A stretch of DNA of 38,300 nucleotides from Polyangiales bacterium (GTDB lineage Bacteria > Myxococcota_A > Polyangia > Polyangiales > JADJMO01): assembly GCA_046593995.1 (NCBI GenBank), contig JBKJQC010001239.1, positions 1 through 38,300 on the forward strand. Direction: 5' to 3'. The notes beneath the pieces are model-generated. The model did no database searches, was not told where the DNA came from, and saw only the letters and a program-made list of their open reading frames with translations. The translations under genes were made by a program, and so were the position numbers. Within the stretch, counting starts at the first letter, position 1; every line of letters begins with the position of its first letter. Shown here one piece after another: positions 16,947 through 25,900 of the stretch.

Positions 16947-17825
16947 TTACGCCGACTTGCTCTCGACGACCTTGAGGCCGAATGTGTGCTCGCGGGCGGG
17001 GAACTCTCCGCTGCGGACTTCGTCCACGTACTTCTGCGTAGCCTCGACGATCGCGTCGCCGAGCTCGGCGTAGCGCTTCACGAACTTCGGGCGCATGCCG
17101 CGGAACATGCCGAGGAAGTCGTAACAGACGAGGACCTGGCCGTCGCACTGGGCCCCGGCGCCGATGCCGATCGTCGGCACGGCGACCGCCTCGGTGACGC
17201 GCGCGGCGACGTCGGCCGGGACGGCCTCGATCACGATCGCGTAACACCCGGCGTCCTCGAGGGCGCGCGCGTCGCGGACGATCCGGTCGGCGTCGTCGTC
17301 GCGCTTACCCTGCACCTTGAAGCCGCCCATCGCGTGGACGCTCTGGGGGAGGAGACCGACGTGCCCCATGACGGGGATGCCGGCGCTGACGATGCGTCGG
17401 ACGTGATCGGCGACTTCGACGCCGCCTTCGAGCTTCACGGCCTCGTAGCCGCCTTCTTTGACGAGGCGGCCGGCGTTCTCGAGCGTCTTGTCGATCGAGC
17501 CGTGGAAGCTCATGAACGGCATGTCGCCCACCAGGTGCGCGCGTCGGAGCGCTCGGCTCACCGCGCGTCCGTGATAGACGACGTCGTCCATCGTGACCGG
17601 CAGGGTGTTCGGGAGTCCCTGGACCACCATCCCGAGCGAGTCGCCCACGAGCACCACGTCCGCGCCGCCCTCGTCGAGGAGGAGCGCCATCGTGTAGTCG
17701 TACGCGGTCACCATCGCGATCGGCGGCCCGTTGGCCTTCCGCGCGCGGAGCTCCGGGACGGTGACCTTGCGGACGGGCTTGTCGAGCTCGCGGGTCTCGA
17801 GAGAACCGCTTCTGGGAGCGTACAT
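16947..17825 (-). CDS. panB: 3-methyl-2-oxobutanoate hydroxymethyltransferase (ketopantoate hydroxymethyltransferase)
   Basis: 292 aa. [28 protein letters not shown] and IGIGAG blocks run co-linear with PanB over the full length. Confidence 0.93.
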   Translation of the reverse strand: MYAPRSGSLETRELDKPVRKVTVPELRARKANGPPIAMVTAYDYTMALLLDEGGADVVLVGDSLGMVVQGLPNTLPVTMDDVVYHGRAVSRALRRAHLVGDMPFMSFHGSIDKTLENAGRLVKEGGYEAVKLEGGVEVADHVRRIVSAGIPVMGHVGLLPQSVHAMGGFKVQGKRDDDADRIVRDARALEDAGCYAIVIEAVPADVAARVTEAVAVPTIGIGAGAQCDGQVLVCYDFLGMFRGMRPKFVKRYAELGDAIVEATQKYVDEVRSGEFPAREHTFGLKVVESKSA

Positions 17826-18039
17826 CGTGCCTCCGGGTCGCGGCCGGGTAGAGTCCGGTCCACGCCTATCCCTAGGCTAACACGCGATGGGGACACGTCA
17901 CCTCCGGCGGTGAGGACTCCGCTGGAATTGTCGGCGCGACCCCTCTAGCCTGTGCATTGGCCGCACCTTCGATGGGTGCGCGCCCGCCGCGCAGTGGACG
18001 CAGTTGGAACTCGAGCGCCGCTCGCCCTCTCTGCCGTGA

Positions 18040-21000
18040 GTGATGCGTGAGTCGCGTGAGGTGACGTCTCGGATGCCCGAACCGCAGAACGACGCGCCGG
18101 AAGCGCTCCACACGCCGAACGAGCCCGAGGCGCAATCCTCGGGCGGAGCCGTGCCTCCGCCGAGCTCCACTGCGTCGTCACCGCCTGCCGCGGGGTCGGA
18201 CATGATCACGCGCCTGCGGGCCGAGGCCGAGGCGTGCGAGGACCCGGTTCGCAAGGCCGTCCTCCTGCACGAGGCCGCGGAGCTCGAGGAGCGCGTGGCG
18301 GGCGACGAGCTCGGTGCAGCGCGGGAGTATCTCGCGGCATTCAACCTCGACAACGGGTTCCGCGAGCCGCTCGAAGCGCTCGTGCGGATCCTCGAGCGTC
18401 GGCGGTCGCTGAAGAACCTGGCGCGCGTGCTCGACAGCATGTCGAAGTCCGCGGACACGAGCGAGGAGCGCGCGCGTGCGCTTCGCGCGCTCGCAGCCGA
18501 CGCGGTCGACGTCAAGAACGACCGAGACGGCGCGCGCGAGTTCCTCGAGCAGGCGGTCGACGCCGACGCGTCCGACCAGACCGCGTGGCTGATGCTCGAG
18601 ATCGACGCCGGCATGCGCCGTGACGGCGACGCACGACGGCGCGCGCTCGCCCGGCGCGTCGAGCTCACGAGCGATCCGAAATGGGCCGGCTTGCTCCGCG
18701 TCGACCTCGCCGACGAGAAGGCGGAAGGTGGCGACGTCGACGACGCGCTCGACGTCCTCACCGAAGTCATCAGCTCGCAGGACGCCGCCGCGTTCCGCGC
18801 GTGCGAGGCCGCCGAACGGCTCGCGCGCAAGGCCGAGCGGCAGGACCGCGAGGCGTGGGCGCTCGTCCAGCGCGGTGACATCGTCCTCGAGTCCCTGCAG
18901 GAGCCGCCGTCGCCGCGCGGGCTCGGTGTGCCGCGTGCGCTGCGGCGCGCCGGGGTCGCCGCCGACGCCTACGTGCGCGCTGCCGCGGCGTATCGCGGGT
19001 GTGGTCGCGTCGACGACGAGCTCGTCACGCTCGAACGCGCCATCGAGGTCGACGGGGACGCGACGATGCCGCACCTCGCGCGCATCGCGGCCGCCACGCG
19101 GCTCGGTGATCTCGATCGCGCGTCGCAGATCGCGCGCGCCCTCCTCGCGCGCGATCTACGCCCCGATCTGGCGCCGAACTTCTGGCTCGCGATCGCCGAG
19201 GGCGCGCTCGCTCATGGCGACCGCGACGGCGTGATCGAGGCGTGTGACCGGCTGCTCGAAGCGGCCAAGGAACACGAGGGACGGAGCGCGGTCGTTCCGA
19301 AGACGCTCCTCATCGATCTGCTGCTCGACGGCGCGGATCCGCAGCGCCTCTGCACATTGTGCGAGAACGACGCTTCCACGCGACCGACCGAGGAAGGTCG
19401 CGCGCGCGGCTATCTGGTCGCCGCAACCGTGCGTGCACTCTTCGCGAACGACGGCGAGGGCGCGCGGCGCGATCTCGATCTCGCGCTCACCAACGGTGCG
19501 CAGGCCGTGCAGGTCGCACGCCTCGCGGCGAGCCTCTCCGCCACGACGCCGGGCGCCCACGGCGAACCGGGCGACGCGGCGTGGTACGAAATGGCAGCGG
19601 ACGAGATCCGCGCGGCCTCCGACGACGAGAAGGAGAAGAGCGATCTGGCGATCGACCTCGCGCGCGTGCGCGCGGCGCGGAACGATCGCGACGGCGCCCG
19701 ACGCGCGCTCGAGACGATCGCCGACGACGCTCCGCACGGACTCCTCGCTCGGGTCGCACGCCTCGCGCTCGGTGGTGACGAAGCGGGGGACGCGCTCCTC
19801 GCGAAGCTCGGCGAGGGGACCGAAGGCGACGCCGCGATCGGGTTCGCCGTGGCTCGCGCCGTGCGCGCGACGCGGAAGGACGATGCGGCCGCGCGCACCG
19901 AAGCGCTCGCCGCGATCGGTGCGGCCTCCGAAGCCGACGAGCTCTCGTCGCTCGTCCGCGCATCCGCGGCGCTCGCGAAGAACCCGAGCGACGCTGCCTC
20001 GATCATGCGCGAGCTCTCGCGTACGTCGGAGGATCCGACGGCGCGCGACGTGCTCCGCTTGGCGGCAGCGATCCTCCTCGTGAAGGGGGGCGCGCGCGAC
20101 GTGGGCCTCGAGGTCGTCGACGAGCTCGAGACCGACGCGACGGGCGCGTTCGGTCCCGCCCGCGCGATCTGGCAGCGTCGGGTCGCGAACGGCGACGACG
20201 ACGCGCGACGCGCGGCCATGGATCTCACCGCGCGGGACGTGCTCGCCGAAGGATCGTTCGGTGCGCTCGAGCGCGCGATCGATCGTCTCGTCACGCCGAC
20301 CGGCGAGGGCGCGTCGGCCGAGGAGCTGCTCCAGGAGCTCGGGGGATCGCGCGATCCGTCGCTCGCGCGCACCGCGGTCCTCCTGCAGGCGATCTGGCCC
20401 GACGAGAACGTCGCGGCGGAGACCAAGGAGCAGGCGATCGGAGCGATCGAGGCCCTGGGCGGCGACGCCGGGCGTCAGCTCGCGCGCGCGTCGCTCCGTC
20501 GCGCGGTGCAGAGCGGCGATCCGCAAACGGCGATCGTCGGCGCGGAGGGGTGGCATCGCGCGGGCGGCGGCGCGCCGGCTGCGCTCGAGATGTTGATCGC
20601 TGCCGAGCAGGCCGCCGACGCCGACGCCGAGGTCCGCGCGCGCGTCGCGCTCGCGAGCTCGCTGACGGGTCCTGCGTCGCAGCTCGTCGCGGCGAGCGCA
20701 GCGCTCGCTGCGCACGTCGCGAATCTCCCGCCGCCTCCGCTCCCGTCCTCTGGTGAGGGGGACGCTGCGCAGCCGATCGCGCTCGCGCAGTTCGAGCTCG
20801 CCGAGCCGGGCTGCGATCCGACGCGTCGCGAGATGGCACTGCGCGGCCTCGCGGACATCGTCGAGGGATCGTCGTCGACGCTGCACGAGATGGCTGCATG
20901 GTCGGCGCTCGCGCGCGCCGACTACGGGAGCGCACGCGCGCTGTTCGCGCGGGCCCTCGAGCTCGCGCGCCTCGCTGCAGAAGAACCGCGGAGCGCGCTC

Positions 21001-22935
21001 GAAGGCGCGATCGAGACCGAGCTCCTCGCGGCGAGCGGTCGACCGACGCCGGCATGGGGCGATCTCGTCGAGCGCCTCGCCTTGCTCGTGGAGACTCGCG
21101 GCGACGTCGCCGGCGCAGCGACGCTCTTCGAGCAGGTCGGCCACGCTTGGTGGGATCGCATCGGCGATCAGGTCCGCGGCGAGCGCGCGCTCGGCGAAGC
21201 CTTCGCGCGCGACAACACGCGGAAGGCGGCGTTCGAGCGCGTCTTCCGCGCTGCGCGCACGCGGAAGGAAGACGATCGCCTCCTCGAGATCGTCGCGCAC
21301 CGACTCGAAGCGACGGACGATCCGCCGGAGATGGCGAAGCTCTTCTGGGAGCAGGCGCGCGTGCTCCGCGGGAAGGGCGACCGCGACGCGGCGCTCTCCG
21401 CCCTCGAGAACGTGACGATGCTCGAGCCCGATCACGTCGGCGCCCTCGCGCTCTCCGCCGAGATCTACGTCGGCCGTCAGCAATACGAGGAGGCTGCGAC
21501 CGCGCTCGATCGCCTCTCGCGCCAGCCCGTGCCCGCGCAGCAGAAGCTCGGTGCCGGGCTCGGCGCAGCGGACCTCTACGAGGCGAAGCTCGATCGCTCG
21601 GACAAGGCGCTCGACGTCCTCGTCGCGCTCGACAAAGCAGGCCTCGGCGACGTCGCAGTGCACGAGCGGATTGCGCGTGCCGCCGCGAAGGCCGAAGCGT
21701 GGATCCCGGCCACCGCGTATCTCGCGAAGCTCGTCACCGAGCGTCCCGATCCTCAAGGCCGCGCCGAAGCGGCGCGCCTGTGCGCCGCGATCTATCGCGA
21801 TCGGCTCGACGATCCGCAGGCCGCGGTCCCGGCGCTCGTCGCGCTGCTCCGCGAGTCGCCGGCCGATCTCGAGGCCGCCGAGCAGCTCCTCGACGCGAAC
21901 CCGGGCGTGAACCAGACGCGCGACGCGCTCCACGGGATCCGCAACGCCGCGCGCGCTCAGCTCCTGCAGTCGCCCGCCGACGTGCGCACGGCACGCCTCG
22001 TCTCGCGCACCGCAGCGCTCCTCGGCGACCCTGATCTGCAGCAGGTCGGACTGTCGGTGCTCACCGCGCTGCACTCCGCCGAGGACGACGAGCGGCGCAC
22101 GGCAGCGGCCTATCTCGCGCGCCTCGGAACCGCGCCCGCCGTCGCGCTCGACAAGGAGAGCGCGCGCCGCCTCGCCGCCCCGGAAGAAGCCGGCCCGATC
22201 TCCGATCTCTTCCGCTTGCTCGCACCGACGATCGCGGAGGCGCTCGGCCCCACGCAGGACACGCTCGCCGTCGGCCGCCGCGAGCGGGTCGACGCACGCT
22301 CGGGCAACGCGCTGCGGAACGAGATCGGTGCGTGGGCCGGAGCCCTCGGCATCGCCGAGTTCGACTTCTTCATCGGCGGCAAGGATCCGAACGCCATCCA
22401 AGGCGTGCCCGGTGAGCTCCCTGCGCTCGTCATCGGCGCGAACGTACGCGCGCCGCTGTCGCTCCCCGATCGCGCGCGCCTCGTACGCGAGCTCGTCGCG
22501 CTCGAACGCGGCACCACCGTCGTCCTCCAGCGTGACGACGTCGCCGTCGCGGCGATCGTCGTGGCTGCCTGCACGATCGCCGAGGTACCCCTGCAGATGC
22601 CGGCCTACTCGGTCCTCGCAGAGACCCAGCGCCTCATGAACAAGGCGATCTCGCGGAAGACCAAGAAGGTGCTCCCCGACATCGCGCAGGCCGTCGCCAA
22701 GCAGCTCGGCGGCGGGGGCGATCTCCGGACGTTCCGCGGACACGCGCTACGCACGCTCGATCGCGCCGCCGCGATCGCGACGGGCGACGCGGGCGCAGCG
22801 CTCGCGCAGATCGTGGGCGCGGACGCTCCGGCGGCGAAGATCGCTGCCGATCCTCGCGCGGCGGCAATGCTCCGGTTCGTGTGGAGCGACGACTACTTCG
22901 CGCTGCGGAAACAGCTCGGGCTCGGAATCGGGTGA
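18040..22935 (+). CDS. giant helical-repeat/TPR-like protein (1631 aa) with a shared C-terminal non-TPR module
   Basis: Coding-like composition and GC3 bias. The antisense 1195-aa ORF is a codon-aligned shadow. It is a paralog of the next gene at both the N-terminal helical start and the C-terminal ~260 aa. The start is uncertain among GTG 18040, ATG 18043, ATG 18073 and ATG 18202. Confidence 0.8.
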   Translation: MMRESREVTSRMPEPQNDAPEALHTPNEPEAQSSGGAVPPPSSTASSPPAAGSDMITRLRAEAEACEDPVRKAVLLHEAAELEERVAGDELGAAREYLAAFNLDNGFREPLEALVRILERRRSLKNLARVLDSMSKSADTSEERARALRALAADAVDVKNDRDGAREFLEQAVDADASDQTAWLMLEIDAGMRRDGDARRRALARRVELTSDPKWAGLLRVDLADEKAEGGDVDDALDVLTEVISSQDAAAFRACEAAERLARKAERQDREAWALVQRGDIVLESLQEPPSPRGLGVPRALRRAGVAADAYVRAAAAYRGCGRVDDELVTLERAIEVDGDATMPHLARIAAATRLGDLDRASQIARALLARDLRPDLAPNFWLAIAEGALAHGDRDGVIEACDRLLEAAKEHEGRSAVVPKTLLIDLLLDGADPQRLCTLCENDASTRPTEEGRARGYLVAATVRALFANDGEGARRDLDLALTNGAQAVQVARLAASLSATTPGAHGEPGDAAWYEMAADEIRAASDDEKEKSDLAIDLARVRAARNDRDGARRALETIADDAPHGLLARVARLALGGDEAGDALLAKLGEGTEGDAAIGFAVARAVRATRKDDAAARTEALAAIGAASEADELSSLVRASAALAKNPSDAASIMRELSRTSEDPTARDVLRLAAAILLVKGGARDVGLEVVDELETDATGAFGPARAIWQRRVANGDDDARRAAMDLTARDVLAEGSFGALERAIDRLVTPTGEGASAEELLQELGGSRDPSLARTAVLLQAIWPDENVAAETKEQAIGAIEALGGDAGRQLARASLRRAVQSGDPQTAIVGAEGWHRAGGGAPAALEMLIAAEQAADADAEVRARVALASSLTGPASQLVAASAALAAHVANLPPPPLPSSGEGDAAQPIALAQFELAEPGCDPTRREMALRGLADIVEGSSSTLHEMAAWSALARADYGSARALFARALELARLAAEEPRSALEGAIETELLAASGRPTPAWGDLVERLALLVETRGDVAGAATLFEQVGHAWWDRIGDQVRGERALGEAFARDNTRKAAFERVFRAARTRKEDDRLLEIVAHRLEATDDPPEMAKLFWEQARVLRGKGDRDAALSALENVTMLEPDHVGALALSAEIYVGRQQYEEAATALDRLSRQPVPAQQKLGAGLGAADLYEAKLDRSDKALDVLVALDKAGLGDVAVHERIARAAAKAEAWIPATAYLAKLVTERPDPQGRAEAARLCAAIYRDRLDDPQAAVPALVALLRESPADLEAAEQLLDANPGVNQTRDALHGIRNAARAQLLQSPADVRTARLVSRTAALLGDPDLQQVGLSVLTALHSAEDDERRTAAAYLARLGTAPAVALDKESARRLAAPEEAGPISDLFRLLAPTIAEALGPTQDTLAVGRRERVDARSGNALRNEIGAWAGALGIAEFDFFIGGKDPNAIQGVPGELPALVIGANVRAPLSLPDRARLVRELVALERGTTVVLQRDDVAVAAIVVAACTIAEVPLQMPAYSVLAETQRLMNKAISRKTKKVLPDIAQAVAKQLGGGGDLRTFRGHALRTLDRAAAIATGDAGAALAQIVGADAPAAKIAADPRAAAMLRFVWSDDYFALRKQLGLGIG

Positions 22936-22939
22936 TCAC

Positions 22940-25900
22940 GTGAGCGAGAAGAAGAAGACCGGAGGCGACGATCCGTTCACGGGGCTCGATTGGGACTCGG
23001 AGCTCGAGTCGGGGGACAAGTCCGCCGACGCGCCGGGTTCTGCCGAGGTCCCCGAGTCGTTCTCGAAACCTCTGCCGACAGCCGCGCCGGCCCAGCAAAC
23101 GCCGCCGGAGTCGCAGCGCATCGACACGCCGAACGCGCTCCGCCAGAGCCGACCGCTCTATCGTCCGCCGCCTGCCGCGGGACGCGCTTCGGGTGCGACG
23201 CCGCCTCCGCGCCCCGGACCGCCACGGCCCGGTCCCCCGAAGCTGCCTGCCTTCTCGAAGGGTGCGGTCACGATGCCGGAGCCCGACGAGCAGACGGTGT
23301 CGCGCACCGTCGACACGAGCGAGCTCGATCGCAACCTCCCTTCGCTGATCGAGGACGAGCCGGAGGACTCGCAGGCGAAGACACGCGCGAGCGACAAGCC
23401 GGAGGGCGAAGAGCATTACGACGAGAACGCGACGGTCGTCGCGCCGGTGTCCGCGGATCTCCTCGCGCAGCTCGAGGCCGCAGGGATCCGGAGACCTGGC
23501 TTCAAGAAGAAGGAGCCGGCGAAGCCGCCCGCTCCGAGGGCCGCCGCACCTCCGGTGGACATCGACGTCGGCATGGACGAGGCGCCCGAGCACACCGAGG
23601 AGCACCCGGCGCCCGAGCCCGAGGACCCGTCGGTCGTCACCTCCGCACCGGACTACGTGCGGCATGCTCGCCCCGGCCGCGGCGACATCAGCGACGCGCG
23701 TCCTGCGCCGCGCGCGGCCGACAAGCCCGGTGCGGGCGGCATGTACGATCCGTTCGCGGGAATGGACGTCGAGCCCGCGGTCTCCGAGACGGTGGGCCGC
23801 GACGCCGAGGCGCCGAAGCTCCTGCAGCCGGACGTGCGGCGACACTCCGCCGACGAAGAGACGGCGGTGTTCGACAAGAAGCAGATGTCGGCCGCGCTGG
23901 GCGGTCTGCCGGCCGCGAGCCCGCGCGCGCGGCAGCTCGATGCGGATGCGACGACGCCGGAGCCGTTCCACACGGCCGATCCGTTCGCCACCGCCGATCC
24001 GTTCGAGCGCGAGGGAGACGCTCCCGAGCTCGCGGCCTCCGAAGAGTACGCGGACGCTGCGGTGATCGATCTGCTCCGCGGCGACGACATGTCGAGCGAT
24101 GGGCTGCCCGCCGTGACCGACGCGCTCGCGATCGAGCGGACCGCCGCGGATTGGCTCGGTGATCAGGCCGACAAGTGGGTCGCGCGCGCGGAGCACATCG
24201 CAGCCGACGCGCGCACGCTCGAGAAGGCAGCCAAGGCGCGCGGTCTCGTCGTCGCGTCGGAGGTCATGGCGATCGCGGGCGACAGGCCGCGCGCGATCGA
24301 GCTCGCCGAGGAAGCCTGGAACGCCGCCCCGAACGACCCGCTCGCCGTGCGTCAGCTGCGGCAGCTCCTCGCGGCCGACGGTCGCTGGGACGACGTCACG
24401 CCATTGCTCGAGGCTGAGACCAAGACCGCTGCGTCGCCCTTGCTGAAATCACACGCCGCGCTGCTGTCGGCCGACGCTGCGCGACTCGCGCGCTCTTCGC
24501 CGGACGAGGCTGCCAAGCTCTACGAGCTCGCCCAACGTACGGCGTCGAGCGATCCGCGGCCTACGATCGCACGCGCGGTCGCTGCGGTGTCCGCCGCGAA
24601 GCCGCTGCCGGTGCTGAAGTGGTCTCCGGGGATGGAGCTCTTCGGCGAAGCGGTCGCTCGCCGCGCGCGTAGCGGTGAGCCCGTCGAGGACGTGCAGCTC
24701 GCCACCATCTTCGACGGGATCGCGACCTACGCCGACGGCAGCAACGTCGAGGGCGCGTTCGCACACGCGCTCGACGAGCTCGCGCAGACGGAGTCGCTCG
24801 CGCCGGCGGCGCTCTGGCTGCGCTTCTCGCTCGACGCGGCTCGGACGAAGACGCGCAACAAGGCACTCGAGAAGCTCGCAGATCTCCCGGCCGGTCGCGC
24901 CAAGGACGAGGCACGCCTCGGGATCGCGCTCGATCTCGGCGACGCATCGGGCGCCAGCGCCGCCGCGCACGATCTCGCTCGAGCGTACGTCGGTCGGGGA
25001 ACGGTCATCGCGCGCGAAGCCACGCGTCTGCTCGCGGGCGAGGACGCGTCGATCGACGGGCTCCTCGCGTTTGCGCGCGAGCCCGGCGTATCGTCGGTCG
25101 CGCGTGCCATCGCGCTGACGCGGAACGAGGACGCACCGGCGGAGGTCGTGGCGTCGGATCCGCTCGATGCGTCCGCGCGCGTCGCACGGCGTCTCGCGGT
25201 CGGAGGTCACGTCGACGTCGAGCTCCGGACGCGCACCCCACGCGGCGCGCAGCTCGGATTCGCTCTCGCCGACGCGCTCGGCGGCGGGGGACCGCGTGCG
25301 ACGATCGACGCCATCGGCTCGCTCCTCGCGTGGGACGACGGCACGGCGGACGCTTCGCTCGCGAGGATGCTCGCGGAGCTCGCCGAGTCGGACGCGCCGA
25401 CGGCGATCGAGTCTGCGCGCGAGGCGGCCAACGTCGAGCCGACCTCGTTCCCGGCGGTCCTCGCGCTCCTCGGCCTCGGCGCCGAGGACGGCGAGCAGTC
25501 CGCGGTCGCCGCTGCGGAGGGCACCCCCGACGAGGCCCGCGGCGCCGCGCTCGCACTCCGCATCACGCTCGCCGGCATCCGTCGCAACGACCTCGAGGGC
25601 GCGAAGCGCTCGGCAGAGATCGCGCTCCAGAACGCGCCCACCGACGCGGTCGCGACGTTCCTCGCGGAGCTCCGCGCGCGGCGAGCCGGCGACTTCGACG
25701 CCGTCGTCGAGGCGATCCGTCAGCGCACGCACGCGTCGAATGATCCCGTCGCGCGCGCGAGCAACCTCGTCCGCGAGATCTTCCTCCTCCTCGGCACCGA
25801 TCTCGCGACGTGCATCGACCGCGCAGGTGAGGCCGCCGACCTCGTGCCGCGCGACATCACGATGCGCGCCCTCTACGAGCGAATCGCCGGCGAGGGCGCG

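Noticed and set aside
17923-17937. A sigma-54-like element, TGGAATTGTCGGCGC, about 100 nt upstream of giant 2.
   Set aside because: Only the GG and GC dinucleotides at the correct 12-nt offset match TGGCAC-N5-TTGC. The flanking consensus bases do not match. In roughly 70%-GC DNA such partial matches are expected by chance, and no enhancer-binding protein gene is nearby.
19156-22743. A 1195-aa minus-strand ORF, plus similar ORFs at 22634..24196, 24449..25903, 26729..27604, 2114..3316, 9784..11079, 31432..33363 and 33382..34320.
   Set aside because: Those I checked (19156..22743, 22634..24196, 24449..25903, 26729..27604, 2114..3316) are codon-aligned antisense frames of well-supported plus-strand genes. 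The rest have the same Arg-rich shadow composition. For example, the break at 24446-24448 coincides with a rare sense TCA codon. ORF 2114..3316 also runs straight through the tRNA gene.
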